From: Escherichia phage vB_EcoM-101117BS1
DNA: 64,000 nucleotides
Sequence record: MZ234018.1
Strand: one strand, 5' to 3'
Shown here: positions 37,207 through 47,096 of the stretch, piece after piece
Position numbering within the stretch: position 1 is the stretch's first letter
Layout: each line of letters starts with the position of its first letter
The notes under the pieces: generated by a model
The model's database searches: none
What the model saw: the letters and a program-made list of their open reading frames with translations, nothing else
What the model was told of the DNA's origin: nothing
Position numbers and translations under genes: made by a program

Positions 37207-37547
37207 TGTTTATCTTTAATTGGTTTAAAAGTTTCTTTACAGATTTTTTCTCTACAACTCCCGGAGAAGGTGTAGTTCCTATTTCAAATGACTACCTTCC
37301 TTTAACTGTAGTTGAGTATGTTTATATGGGAGATGGAACAGTAGAAGCAGTTACTATGACTTATGAAGAAGCCCAAGAATATTATAAAAATCCTTGGCGC
37401 TGGTCAACACCTACTACATCATCTAATGCACAGAAAACACAGTCTAGTTCTGATTCATATGATACAAATGTTCCTGTTCATGTATGGACGGGCGATTCAT
37501 GTGGAAGTTCTTGTGATTCTAGTTGTTCATCTACATCTTGTGATTGA
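37206..37547 (+). CDS. hypothetical protein with Cys/Ser-rich C-terminal tail
   Basis: 113 aa ending [18 protein letters not shown]. Confidence 0.45.
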   Translation: MFIFNWFKSFFTDFFSTTPGEGVVPISNDYLPLTVVEYVYMGDGTVEAVTMTYEEAQEYYKNPWRWSTPTTSSNAQKTQSSSDSYDTNVPVHVWTGDSCGSSCDSSCSSTSCD

Positions 37548-38041
37548 GGAAAATTATGGAAGCAATTTTGTTTGAAATGTCTATCAATAGCATTAGTATG
37601 GCGTTTGTCAAGGATGTTCCAATTACCGTAGCAGTAATGATTGATAAAAGATATGACAATAACATGTATCTAGTAGAAGATTTTATTTCAATGCCAATTC
37701 CAGAAGATGTTGAAATAAAACTTAAAAAGATCGGAATTATTGAAACTGTACAAAATTCTCCATTTATGGCAATTCAAGCATTTACTAAATCTAACTATAT
37801 TGATGTTGCTGAAGCATATTATAATAATAAACCGTTATCCTTCTATTCATATGATTCAATATATGATTGGAAAATAGATAAAGGAAATAAATTTATAATT
37901 ACGGACGAAAGTGCGCTATCATATTTTATTACCTCTTTATGGAATAATTTAAATCCAAATTTGCTAAAAATTCATAAATTTGACAATGCTCCTACTATTG
38001 TTTTAGGTAAAATAAATGAAAGCTCTCAAGAAGATTCTTGA
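37544..38041 (+). CDS. hypothetical protein
   Basis: 165-aa ORF. Confidence 0.45.
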   Translation: MRKIMEAILFEMSINSISMAFVKDVPITVAVMIDKRYDNNMYLVEDFISMPIPEDVEIKLKKIGIIETVQNSPFMAIQAFTKSNYIDVAEAYYNNKPLSFYSYDSIYDWKIDKGNKFIITDESALSYFITSLWNNLNPNLLKIHKFDNAPTIVLGKINESSQEDS

Positions 38042-38219
38042 ATGGTTCAATAGACCAAACTCAATGTACATTGATGATGGTTGGGTTGAACAAGCAAATA
38101 AAGAAATGCAGAACGAATCGGAAGAATGGATGAAATCAATGATTAGTGCTGAGAAAGAAAAGAAATTAGAACGCTCAGCGCTTAAATTGATGAGAGACAT
38201 CTATGGGGATAAATCGTGA
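38016..38219 (+). CDS. hypothetical protein
   Basis: 67-aa ORF. Confidence 0.4.
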   Translation: MKALKKILEWFNRPNSMYIDDGWVEQANKEMQNESEEWMKSMISAEKEKKLERSALKLMRDIYGDKS

Positions 38220-38227
38220 ACAAAGAT

Positions 38228-38380
38228 ATGACGCTGGAAGAGGCTAAAGCTAAAGCAAATGAAGCACTGGATTTGCTTCTTAAAATTGGCAGTAAAATGA
38301 TGGAAGAAAATGAGAAATATATCCAGGAAAACAAAATTCCCGATGGTCCATTAGTAGGCAAAAGGAAATCCCATGATTGA
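38228..38380 (+). CDS. hypothetical small protein
   Basis: 50-aa ORF (possible GTG start at 38216). Confidence 0.3.
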   Translation: MTLEEAKAKANEALDLLLKIGSKMMEENEKYIQENKIPDGPLVGKRKSHD

Positions 38381-38843
38381 AGTAGCAAAACATTATTCAA
38401 TAGAATTTATGTCTAAAGAAGGTAAATCAGTAAATACACTTGATAAAAAGTGCTCATTAATTATTCCTTTAGCAGAAAATCCGGATATTTTAATTAAAGA
38501 TATAAAAGAAAGAAAATATCCAGAAAATATTATTCTAATTATAAAGCATACTGAAGATATTTTGCAGAATACAGATTCACCATTTTCTTCTTCTGAAGCT
38601 TTAACTATTAAAGGCTATAAAAGAGCTCATGAATATGGTCTTTTTGACATGTTTGAAGATGATAAAGTTAAATTAGCGAGTCAGCCTTTTAAAAGTAAAA
38701 CATTCATTATTGAAGATATTAAAGATATAAATGCATTTGTTAAGATGGTCTGGGCTCATTTTGACGTTGGACTACGCTGGAGAATGTCCGAAGAAGAAAG
38801 AAAGATTGCTGAAGCTAATCGTCATTTTGGTTTTTATCGCTAG
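38373..38843 (+). CDS. hypothetical protein
   Basis: 156-aa ORF. Confidence 0.45.
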   Translation: MIEVAKHYSIEFMSKEGKSVNTLDKKCSLIIPLAENPDILIKDIKERKYPENIILIIKHTEDILQNTDSPFSSSEALTIKGYKRAHEYGLFDMFEDDKVKLASQPFKSKTFIIEDIKDINAFVKMVWAHFDVGLRWRMSEEERKIAEANRHFGFYR

Positions 38844-38851
38844 GAATTAAT

Positions 38852-39034
38852 ATGGATTTATTTGAGATGTTAGAAGATAATCATTCTACGAATATCCAGA
38901 ATGATTCTAGTGATTATAAGAAAGAGTACCGTATAGTATTACAGAATTATGGAATTGAAGCCCCAGATGCTCTTCTAGAAGAACTAGCTTCATACCATCT
39001 TGACCCTCCGCCCTGGGCTCCCTGGGCAAAATAA
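38852..39034 (+). CDS. hypothetical acidic protein
   Basis: 60-aa ORF. Confidence 0.4.
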   Translation: MDLFEMLEDNHSTNIQNDSSDYKKEYRIVLQNYGIEAPDALLEELASYHLDPPPWAPWAK

Positions 39035-39045
39035 TTCAAAAAGTT

Positions 39046-39075
39046 GTTTACTTTCCTTTCTATCGATGATATGAT
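39046..39075 (+). promoter_or_regulatory. T4-type early promoter
   Basis: GTTTAC, 18-bp spacer, TATGAT, 26 nt upstream of modB ATG. Confidence 0.5.
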
Positions 39076-39101
39076 AGCTTCTGAAGTATACGGAGGCTAT
39101 C

Positions 39102-39725
39102 ATGATTATTAATCTTGCAGATGTTGAACAGTTATCTATAAAAGCTGAAAGCGTTGATTTTCAATATGATATGTATAAAAAGGTCTGTGAAAAATTTACT
39201 GACTTTGAACAATCCGTTCTTTGGCAATGTATGGAAGCCAAAAAGAATGAAGCTCTTCATAGGCAGTTGAATAAAATCATTAAAAAGCATTTAACTAAAT
39301 CACCTTATCAGTTATATCGTGGTATATCAAAATCAACAGAAGAACTTATTAAAGATTTACAAGTTGGAGAAGTGTTTTCAACGAATAGAGTAGATTCATT
39401 TACTACTAGTTTGCTCACAGCATGTTCTTTTTCTTACGCTGAATATTTTACTAAAATAATACTTCGCTTAAAAACTAATAAAGCTTTTAATTATTCTGAC
39501 CATATCAGCGATATTATACTTTCTTCTCCTAATACTGAGTTTAAGTACACGTATGAAGATACTGATGGATTAGATTCAGAGCGTACTGATAACTTAATGA
39601 TGATTGTGCGTGAACAGGAATGGATGATTCCAATTGGAAAGTATAGAATAACTTCTATTTCAAAAGAAAAATTACACGATTCATTTGGAACATTTAAAGT
39701 TTATGATATTGAGGTAGTTGAATGA
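39102..39725 (+). CDS. modB: ADP-ribosyltransferase ModB
   Basis: 207 aa; R...STS...E-x-E type motifs (YRGISKST, FSTNR, EQEWMIP). Confidence 0.65.
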   Translation: MIINLADVEQLSIKAESVDFQYDMYKKVCEKFTDFEQSVLWQCMEAKKNEALHRQLNKIIKKHLTKSPYQLYRGISKSTEELIKDLQVGEVFSTNRVDSFTTSLLTACSFSYAEYFTKIILRLKTNKAFNYSDHISDIILSSPNTEFKYTYEDTDGLDSERTDNLMMIVREQEWMIPIGKYRITSISKEKLHDSFGTFKVYDIEVVE

Positions 39726-40324
39726 AATACTCAGTAATGCAACTAAAAGATTTTAAAATAAAATCAATGGATGCATCGGTGCGTGCTTCTATTCGTGAAG
39801 AATTACTTTCTGAAGGGTTTAATTTATCTGAAATTGAACTTTTAATTCATTGTATTACTAATAAACCAGATGACCATACTTGGTTAAATGAAATAATCAA
39901 ATCTCGTTTGGAACCAAACGATAAACCTCTTTGGAGAGGTGTTCCAGCTGAGACTAAACAAGTATTAAATCAAGGAATTGATATTATTACATTTGATAAA
40001 GTAGTATCAGCTTCATATGATAAAAATATAGCTCTACATTTTGCTTCTGGTTTAGAATATAACACACAAGTTATTTTTGAATTCAAAGCTCCTATGGTAT
40101 TCAATTTCCAGGAGTATGCTATAAAAGCTCTACGCTGTAAAGAATACAATCCAAACTTTAAGTTTCCGGATAGTCATCGTTATCGTAATATGGAATTAGT
40201 TTCAGATGAACAAGAAGTAATGATACCAGCTGGAAGTGTATTTAGAATTGCAGATAGATATGAGTACAAAAAGTATTCAACATACACTATCTATACTCTT
40301 GATTTTGAAGGATTTAATCTATAA
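39722..40324 (+). CDS. modA: ADP-ribosyltransferase ModA
   Basis: 200 aa; paralogue of the preceding ORF (WRGVP, SASYD, EQEVMIP). Confidence 0.65.
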   Translation: MKYSVMQLKDFKIKSMDASVRASIREELLSEGFNLSEIELLIHCITNKPDDHTWLNEIIKSRLEPNDKPLWRGVPAETKQVLNQGIDIITFDKVVSASYDKNIALHFASGLEYNTQVIFEFKAPMVFNFQEYAIKALRCKEYNPNFKFPDSHRYRNMELVSDEQEVMIPAGSVFRIADRYEYKKYSTYTIYTLDFEGFNL

Positions 40325-40381
40325 TGGAAGGACTTAGATTCATTATACCATGAAAGTTTTAAAGCATTTTTACATAAAGTT

Positions 40382-40411
40382 GTTTACAAGTTAAGGTAAA
40401 AATGTTATAGT
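40382..40411 (+). promoter_or_regulatory. T4-type early promoter
   Basis: GTTTAC 40382-40387, 18-bp spacer, TATAGT. Confidence 0.5.
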
Positions 40412-40450
40412 ATAAGTAGTAGTTAACCGTCCGTAAGATGTGAGAAAAAT

Positions 40451-41197
40451 ATGAAGCTGTCTAATAATCAAATTCGTAAAATTAAACGTCGTCTAGAGCA
40501 TACTCAGGCATCTGCAAAAAGACGTTCTAAAGATTTTAACTTAGACTTCAATTACATTAAGAACATTTTAGATCAAAAAGTTTGTGCTTACTCGGGAGAA
40601 CCTTTTGATAATCGTATTGAAGGAGAGAAATTATCATTAGAACGTTTTGATAATAACATTGGATACATTAAAGGGAATGTTATTGCAGTAAAGAAAAAGT
40701 ATAATACATTTCGTTCTGATTATACTTTAGAAGAGTTGATTGAAAAACGGGATTTATTTGCTTTGCGAATTGGTCGTTCATCTGCGAAAAAAGTTCATAA
40801 ACTAAATTTAGATGAAAAGAAATGGGCTAAAATCAAAAAGACTTATAATCAAATTAAAGCTATACAGAAAAAACGTGAAAACCGAATTGAACACATTTCT
40901 CAGCTTTCTAAATCAAAACAGACCTCTGACATTAAGCTAAGGATTATAGCACTTAAAGCACGTATTGATGGTTCTCGCATAGCAGAAGGCGCTGAAGTTG
41001 TTAAATTGAACGTTCTTCTTAAAGGCTCGGATTGGAAAATTGTGAAAAAGCTGTCAGAAGCAGAAATGCAATATGATATGTGTGATAAAATTATTCAAGG
41101 TGTAGAGCGGTATCAAAATTTGTCTTTTATTGATAAACTTAAACTGAAAAGAGGATACCCGCTAAATTGTTCAATTTTTAAACTTATCCGAGGATAA
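40451..41197 (+). CDS. Srd-like protein (at the position of T4 srd)
   Basis: 248-aa basic ORF between modA and dda. Confidence 0.4.
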   Translation: MKLSNNQIRKIKRRLEHTQASAKRRSKDFNLDFNYIKNILDQKVCAYSGEPFDNRIEGEKLSLERFDNNIGYIKGNVIAVKKKYNTFRSDYTLEELIEKRDLFALRIGRSSAKKVHKLNLDEKKWAKIKKTYNQIKAIQKKRENRIEHISQLSKSKQTSDIKLRIIALKARIDGSRIAEGAEVVKLNVLLKGSDWKIVKKLSEAEMQYDMCDKIIQGVERYQNLSFIDKLKLKRGYPLNCSIFKLIRG

Positions 41198-41198
41198 T

Positions 41199-41510
41199 AT
41201 GGTTTATGTATATGCGATAGTTTACCGAGACAAAGACGGATTTACGGCGCCAGTTCCACTTGATGAACATCGTCCTGCTGTGTTTTTTGAAAGAGAGATT
41301 GCTGATAGAGTTTTTACTACTCTCAAAGACCAATATAAACTAGCTTTAGGTATGGGAATTCCAAGACTAGTTGAGACTCCACGCAAGTTTTGGTTTAATA
41401 AAATAGAAGTTAAACATGTTAAGCCTGATGTAGATACACAAAGATTATATCAACGAATTCTAGATACTGGGCGTATTGTTAGTATTCCAATTGCAGGGAC
41501 TTTCCGATGA
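41199..41510 (+). CDS. hypothetical protein
   Basis: 103-aa ORF. Confidence 0.45.
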   Translation: MVYVYAIVYRDKDGFTAPVPLDEHRPAVFFEREIADRVFTTLKDQYKLALGMGIPRLVETPRKFWFNKIEVKHVKPDVDTQRLYQRILDTGRIVSIPIAGTFR

Positions 41511-42826
41511 CATTTGATGATTTGACAGAAGGCCAGAAAAATGCCTTTAACATCGTTATGAGGGCTATTAAAGAAAAGAAACATCATGTAACTATTAATG
41601 GACCTGCTGGTACTGGTAAGACTACTCTTACTAAGTTCATCATTGAAGCCTTAATATCTACAGGCGAAACTGGCATTATTTTAGCAGCTCCTACTCATGC
41701 AGCTAAAAAGATTCTTTCAAAACTGTCGGGGAAAGAAGCGAGTACTATTCACAGTATTCTTAAAATTAACCCAGTTACGTATGAAGAAAACGTTCTTTTT
41801 GAACAGAAGGAAGTACCAGATTTAGCTAAATGCAGGGTATTAATCTGCGACGAAGTGTCAATGTATGATAGAAAGCTATTTAAAATTCTGCTTTCAACTA
41901 TTCCACCATGGTGTACTATAATTGGAATAGGCGATAATAAGCAAATTAGACCTGTTGACCCAGGAGAAAACACTGCTTATATCAGTCCGTTCTTTACACA
42001 CAAAGATTTTTATCAGTGTGAACTCACTGAAGTTAAACGCAGTAATGCTCCTATTATTGATGTAGCTACTGACGTTCGTAACGGTAAGTGGATTTATGAT
42101 AAAGTTGTTGACGGGCATGGAGTACGTGGATTTACTGGTGATACCGCTTTACGCGATTTTATGGTAAATTATTTTTCAATCGTCAAATCTTTAGATGATT
42201 TGTTTGAAAATCGCGTAATGGCATTTACGAATAAATCTGTTGACAAGTTAAATAGCATTATTCGTAAAAAGATTTTTGAAACTGATAAAGATTTTATTGT
42301 CGGTGAAATTATTGTAATGCAGGAACCATTAATTAAAACATATAAAATTGATGGAAAGCCTGTGTCAGAAATTATTTTTAATAACGGACAATTAGTTCGT
42401 ATTATAGAAGCAGAGTATACATCAACGTTTGTTAAAGCTCGTGGTGTTCCTGGAGAATATCTAATTCGTCATTGGGATTTAACAGTAGAAACTTATGGCG
42501 ATGATGAATATTATCGTGAAAAGATTAAAATAATTTCATCTGACGAAGAATTGTATAAGTTTAACCTATTTTTAGGTAAAACTGCAGAAACTTATAAAAA
42601 TTGGAACAAAGGCGGAAAAGCTCCGTGGAGTGATTTTTGGGATGCTAAATCACAGTTTAGTAAAGTGAAAGCACTTCCTGCATCAACATTCCATAAAGCT
42701 CAGGGTATGTCTGTAGACCGTGCTTTCATTTATACGCCTTGTATTCATTATGCAGATGCTGAATTGGCTCAACAACTTCTTTATGTTGGTGTTACCCGTG
42801 GTCGTTATGACGTATTTTATGTGTGA
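41507..42826 (+). CDS. dda: DNA helicase Dda (SF1B)
   Basis: 439 aa; Walker A GPAGTGKTT; matches T4 Dda. Confidence 0.9.
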   Translation: MTFDDLTEGQKNAFNIVMRAIKEKKHHVTINGPAGTGKTTLTKFIIEALISTGETGIILAAPTHAAKKILSKLSGKEASTIHSILKINPVTYEENVLFEQKEVPDLAKCRVLICDEVSMYDRKLFKILLSTIPPWCTIIGIGDNKQIRPVDPGENTAYISPFFTHKDFYQCELTEVKRSNAPIIDVATDVRNGKWIYDKVVDGHGVRGFTGDTALRDFMVNYFSIVKSLDDLFENRVMAFTNKSVDKLNSIIRKKIFETDKDFIVGEIIVMQEPLIKTYKIDGKPVSEIIFNNGQLVRIIEAEYTSTFVKARGVPGEYLIRHWDLTVETYGDDEYYREKIKIISSDEELYKFNLFLGKTAETYKNWNKGGKAPWSDFWDAKSQFSKVKALPASTFHKAQGMSVDRAFIYTPCIHYADAELAQQLLYVGVTRGRYDVFYV

Positions 42827-42832
42827 GGATAT

Positions 42833-43093
42833 ATGATTAACATCAATTCAAAATATTTAAATCGTCTAATAGATGGTATAAGGAAGCATACTAATAAGCA
42901 AGATAATCTTAATGTTATGGTAACAGGAGCTGAGCTCCTTCATAAGCTTTATCTTATAAGTGATACTATATTAGCAATTAAACGAATTGAAAAACAATCA
43001 TATCACAGTAATACAGATACGGTAATTACACTAGATGAAAGTGTCTGTAAATTACTAATTAAATTTGAGGAAGCTATTCGTGGAAATAACTAA
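42833..43093 (+). CDS. hypothetical protein
   Basis: 86-aa ORF. Confidence 0.4.
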   Translation: MININSKYLNRLIDGIRKHTNKQDNLNVMVTGAELLHKLYLISDTILAIKRIEKQSYHSNTDTVITLDESVCKLLIKFEEAIRGNN

Positions 43094-43325
43094 AGATCAG
43101 TTTTATCTTCTTCAGGATAAAGTTAGCGAAATTTATGAAATTGCTCATGGTAAAAATCGTGAAACTGTAAAAATTGAATCTAGTAAGTTGATGCTTCAAT
43201 TAGAAGAAATTGAACGAGATTTAATTGCGTTAGAATTCTTTTGTGGTGAAGTGAAAACTGTTACAATCAATGATTACGTTTTAGGCGAAATTAGCTATCT
43301 TTATGAGGCGATTATTAATGATTGA
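43080..43325 (+). CDS. hypothetical protein (paralogue of the next ORF)
   Basis: GTG 43080 with GAGGA SD; shares a C-terminal motif with ORF 43318. Confidence 0.4.
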   Translation: MEITKDQFYLLQDKVSEIYEIAHGKNRETVKIESSKLMLQLEEIERDLIALEFFCGEVKTVTINDYVLGEISYLYEAIIND

Positions 43326-43560
43326 ATTAAGTTGGTACCAGTTTAAATCTCTTATGACAAATGTTAAAGCTGTCATTGAGAAAAATTCTGGTCCTGAAAA
43401 TATTACTATTCGCGAAAAAGCTTTAAAGATAATATACAGTCTTGAAGAGATGCAAAAAGATATTGAATCTATGGCAAAATTTATTGATGAGCCCATTAAT
43501 AAAGTTTATATCCAAGATTATACTGTAGGTCAAATTCGCGATTTAGCGAGGAAAGTTTAA
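43318..43560 (+). CDS. hypothetical protein (paralogue of the previous ORF)
   Basis: ATG 43318 overlapping previous stop; 80 aa. Confidence 0.4.
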   Translation: MIELSWYQFKSLMTNVKAVIEKNSGPENITIREKALKIIYSLEEMQKDIESMAKFIDEPINKVYIQDYTVGQIRDLARKV

Positions 43561-44243
43561 TGTTTGATTTTATTATAGATTTTGAAACAATGGGAAGTGG
43601 TGAAAAAGCAGCTGTTATTGATTTGGCTGTAATTGCTTTTGACCCTAACCCGGAAGTTGTTGAAACATTCGATGAATTAGTTTCACGTGGCATTAAAATC
43701 AAATTTGATTTAAAAAGCCAAAAAGGACATCGTCTTTTTACTAAAAGCACTATCGAATGGTGGAAGAATCAATCTCCCGAAGCTCGAAAAAATATTGCGC
43801 CATCAGATGAAGATGTAAGCACTATCGATGGTATTGCAAAATTTAATGATTACATCAATGCACATAATATCGATCCTTGGAAATCTCAAGGCTGGTGCCG
43901 TGGAATGTCGTTTGATTTTCCAATTTTAGTCGATCTCATTCGCGATATTCAACGTCTTAACGGCGTTTCAGAGAATGAGCTTGATACATTTAAGTTAGAA
44001 CCTTGTAAATTTTGGAATCAGCGTGATATTCGTACCAGAATTGAAGCACTTCTCCTTGTTCGTGATATGACCACGTGTCCTCTTCCAAAAGGAACCTTAG
44101 ATGGATTCGTTGCGCATGATTCTATTCATGACTGTGCGAAAGACATCCTGATGATGAAGTATGCTTTGCGCTATGCTATGGGTCTTGAAGATGCTCCGTC
44201 AGAGGAAGAGTGCGATCCTCTATCTCTTCCAACAAAACGATAA
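43560..44243 (+). CDS. dexA: exonuclease A DexA (DEDDh 3'-5' exonuclease)
   Basis: 227 aa; DFETMG and H...D motifs. Confidence 0.85.
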   Translation: MFDFIIDFETMGSGEKAAVIDLAVIAFDPNPEVVETFDELVSRGIKIKFDLKSQKGHRLFTKSTIEWWKNQSPEARKNIAPSDEDVSTIDGIAKFNDYINAHNIDPWKSQGWCRGMSFDFPILVDLIRDIQRLNGVSENELDTFKLEPCKFWNQRDIRTRIEALLLVRDMTTCPLPKGTLDGFVAHDSIHDCAKDILMMKYALRYAMGLEDAPSEEECDPLSLPTKR

Positions 44244-44249
44244 AAAGTT

Positions 44250-44279
44250 GTTTACTTCCTCGGTTAGTTGTGGTATTAT
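44250..44279 (+). promoter_or_regulatory. T4-type early promoter
   Basis: GTTTAC 44250-44255, 18-bp spacer, TGGTATTAT. Confidence 0.55.
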
Positions 44280-44306
44280 AACATCATAGCTACTGAGGAT
44301 AATAAA

Positions 44307-44819
44307 ATGAAAATTTATCGTGTTGAATCATCGTTTAGTGCATTAAATGATGATAGTGGTATAATGAAAATTAGGCAAGAGTTATGCGTTCAATCAACTC
44401 CTTATCGTGGATTTGATTCTATGAAAACTCGAACTTGGTTAAAATTTTGTGGTATTAATTCATCATCATTTCATCATCATAGCGATAATTATGAAAGCCA
44501 TGAAAGTATTCCTATTCCACACGATGATAAGTTATTAGTTGAAAATGCTAATGATGTTATTAAAACTAAATGGAATAAAGATTATTCACGAATTGAAAAT
44601 TATATTCCATTATGGTTTATTGCATTATATCATTTTGCTTTCGCTAGTGAATATGATATGATGAGATGGTTCACTCGAGAAGAGCGTGAAGACTTAAAAG
44701 AACGTGGAATGTACATTGCGATTTATGAAGTGCCAGATGATCAAGTTATCATTGGTGGGCATCAAGTAATGTTTCGCAAATCGCATGCTGAATTAAAAGG
44801 CTTTATTACCTTAGACTAA
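44307..44819 (+). CDS. hypothetical protein
   Basis: 170 aa from ATG 44307 after GAGGA SD. Confidence 0.45.
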   Translation: MKIYRVESSFSALNDDSGIMKIRQELCVQSTPYRGFDSMKTRTWLKFCGINSSSFHHHSDNYESHESIPIPHDDKLLVENANDVIKTKWNKDYSRIENYIPLWFIALYHFAFASEYDMMRWFTREEREDLKERGMYIAIYEVPDDQVIIGGHQVMFRKSHAELKGFITLD

Positions 44820-44829
44820 AGAGAAAATT

Positions 44830-45330
44830 ATGATTAAAATTAATACTACGTATCAAATGAAAAAACCGTCTGAAATTGATTTCCAGACAATGTCGAATAC
44901 GACTGATAGCAAGTTTTGGGAACTTCTTGGTACAACTGGCGGATATCCTTTTACTGTTATTAGTGTTAATAGCGGAATTCTCATTGGTACAGTGTACATG
45001 GAAATTAGAAACTATTATGGAAGGGTATCATCATTCATCATCTATGAAGAAGATTTCAATTTATTGACAGAAATTGAAAAAGAAGAACAAGAAAAATCCC
45101 ATATTGATATGGATTTAGTTTCTATGTATGTAACACCAGTTGAAAAAATTGAAGACCCGACTGATTTGTTGTGTAAGGCAGTTTATATTCGTCGTCCATT
45201 CGCGAATCCGATTGGCGGTTGGGTAACTGATCAGTGGATTGAAGATGGTGTTGAACTTCTGAACGTAGTTCATGCTGGAGAGTACTCTGTAGTTCCTCGC
45301 AGCGCAGTGATTAATGTTCGTGTAAGCTAG
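44830..45330 (+). CDS. hypothetical protein (paralogue of ORF 45404)
   Basis: 166 aa; shared C-terminal motif TDQWIEDGVELLNVV. Confidence 0.5.
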   Translation: MIKINTTYQMKKPSEIDFQTMSNTTDSKFWELLGTTGGYPFTVISVNSGILIGTVYMEIRNYYGRVSSFIIYEEDFNLLTEIEKEEQEKSHIDMDLVSMYVTPVEKIEDPTDLLCKAVYIRRPFANPIGGWVTDQWIEDGVELLNVVHAGEYSVVPRSAVINVRVS

Positions 45331-45359
45331 TTTACAAACTCTTGGGACCAGAGTATAAT
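45330..45359 (+). promoter_or_regulatory. T4-type early promoter
   Basis: GTTTAC 45330-45335, 18-bp spacer, TATAAT 45354-45359. Confidence 0.6.
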
Positions 45360-45403
45360 GGTCCTGCGGAGTATAAAATCTTTTTAACAAGTGAGAGATA
45401 ATT

Positions 45404-45895
45404 ATGAATATTAATATCGGTGAAATTGCTCGTGTATCTGATAAATCCCGTTCTAAAGCAGCAGGAAAATTGGTTGAAGTCGTAAGCATTCAGCTTAAAC
45501 ATGGTGTTAAAGATGAAGATTCTGAAGTAAAAGTGCGTATCATTCCTAAAGATGGAATGTCTAAACCTCAGTTTGGTTATGTTCGATGGAAATTTCTTGA
45601 GCCTGCGTTTTTGAAAGCTGTTCCCGCTAAAGGAATTGAAACGATTGATACTTCGCATGTAGGTGTAGACTTTAAGTGGAAACTCGGTCAAGCTATCAAG
45701 TTCGTTGCTCCTTATGAGTTTGAATTTACTGAAGGTGAGGAAGGTGTTGTTAACCGTACTCGCGCTATGTGTGCATACATTACTGATCAATGGGTAGAAG
45801 ATGGCGTTAAATTATACAACGCGGTATTTTTAGGAACATACAAAGTCATTCCTGAAAGTTGGATTAAACACTACAGCAAAGCTCGCTATGCATAA
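45404..45895 (+). CDS. hypothetical protein (at the position of T4 motB)
   Basis: 163 aa; paralogue of the preceding ORF. Confidence 0.5.
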   Translation: MNINIGEIARVSDKSRSKAAGKLVEVVSIQLKHGVKDEDSEVKVRIIPKDGMSKPQFGYVRWKFLEPAFLKAVPAKGIETIDTSHVGVDFKWKLGQAIKFVAPYEFEFTEGEEGVVNRTRAMCAYITDQWVEDGVKLYNAVFLGTYKVIPESWIKHYSKARYA

Positions 45896-45991
45896 AGTTT
45901 AAAATTTTTCATAAAACTATATACATCAGTAGTTGATTATGGTACTATATCAATATCAACTACTGATACAGAAAATAACTTGGAGAATAAA

Positions 45992-46261
45992 ATGGAAAAC
46001 TTAATTATCATCGAGCAATCTTTCAATGATTATGGTATGGCTTATGGTTATCGTGCGATAATGGAAGATTCTCGTGGATGTGTTATCGATATTGCTGAAT
46101 GTAAAGATTTACTGCAGCTTTTGAAGATTGTTCGTAAAAATTGGGATTGTGAAAACATTAAAGCTCGTGTTGTAACGGAAGAAGAAACTGTTTTTCATGA
46201 TGTAAAATTCGCTAAAGGTGCTGCTACTCTTCTGAAACGTATCGCTCCACTGTTTAATTAA
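45992..46261 (+). CDS. hypothetical protein
   Basis: 89 aa from ATG 45992; upstream leader resembles those at 26740 and 53966. Confidence 0.45.
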   Translation: MENLIIIEQSFNDYGMAYGYRAIMEDSRGCVIDIAECKDLLQLLKIVRKNWDCENIKARVVTEEETVFHDVKFAKGAATLLKRIAPLFN

Positions 46262-46274
46262 TGAGGAAATTGTA

Positions 46275-46490
46275 ATGAAACGTAAAATTGTTCAGAATTG
46301 CACTAATGACGAATTTGAAGATGTATTATTTGATCCAGATTTGGTAGTGGTTCAAAAGGAACATACCGTTAAGTTTACTCACTTGACTTCGGTTTATGTG
46401 TATGAAAAGGTTGGTGATAAACAACCGATTTATGGTGTATTCCGTGAAATCACTGAAGACGGTACAACTTACTGGAAGGAAATTTATTAA
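46275..46490 (+). CDS. hypothetical protein
   Basis: 71-aa ORF. Confidence 0.4.
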   Translation: MKRKIVQNCTNDEFEDVLFDPDLVVVQKEHTVKFTHLTSVYVYEKVGDKQPIYGVFREITEDGTTYWKEIY

Positions 46491-46915
46491 TGGCTATTAG
46501 ATTTGAAGTTAATAAATGGTATCAATTTAAAAATAAACAAGCTCAAGAAAATTTTATTAAAGACCATACTGATAACGGAATTTATGCACGACGTTTAGGT
46601 ATGCATCCTTTTAAAATTTTAGATGTTGACCATCTTGGTCGTCCTACTAAAATTGTGACATCTACTGGCACAGTTGGATATGCAACACATGGTGATATCC
46701 TTGACGAAAACTTTATCTGGCTCTCTACTAACGAAGCCGAGTTCTTTGATGAAGTTGAAAATCCATACCAGGCAGCTGAAGAGCAAGAGCAGGAAGAGAA
46801 AGAGCAAGAACAAATAGAAGATTTCACAGAATTTCCTGTCATGAAAGTTACTATTAAAAATAATGAACAGGCATGGTCCTTGTATCAAATGCTGAAAGCA
46901 CACTTTAAGGAATAA
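46490..46915 (+). CDS. hypothetical protein with acidic E/Q-rich region
   Basis: 141-aa ORF. Confidence 0.45.
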   Translation: MAIRFEVNKWYQFKNKQAQENFIKDHTDNGIYARRLGMHPFKILDVDHLGRPTKIVTSTGTVGYATHGDILDENFIWLSTNEAEFFDEVENPYQAAEEQEQEEKEQEQIEDFTEFPVMKVTIKNNEQAWSLYQMLKAHFKE

Positions 46916-46917
46916 TT

Positions 46918-47094
46918 ATGCCAATGTATGATTATAAATGCCAATCCGAAGATTGCGGGCATGAATATGAAAAAATTAAAAAGATTTCTGAACGAGAAAA
47001 TGATGTTTGCCCTAAATGTCATCGTTTGTCTACTCGTCGGCCTTCTGCTCCTAAGCATGTGAATGGTGGTTTTTACGATTTACTTAAAGGGTAA
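46918..47094 (+). CDS. small zinc-ribbon protein
   Basis: 58 aa with CQSEDC...CPKC motif pair. Confidence 0.4.
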   Translation: MPMYDYKCQSEDCGHEYEKIKKISERENDVCPKCHRLSTRRPSAPKHVNGGFYDLLKG

Positions 47095-47096
47095 TT

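Noticed and set aside
45332-45790. 152-aa ORF on the - strand
   Set aside because: Lies entirely antisense to a well-supported + strand gene with promoter and SD; likely a shadow ORF.
45897-45948. Canonical early promoter upstream of ORF 45992
   Set aside because: The -10 and leader match the family, but the -35 hexamer at the expected 18-bp spacing is not GTTTAC-like, so it is not listed as a confident promoter.
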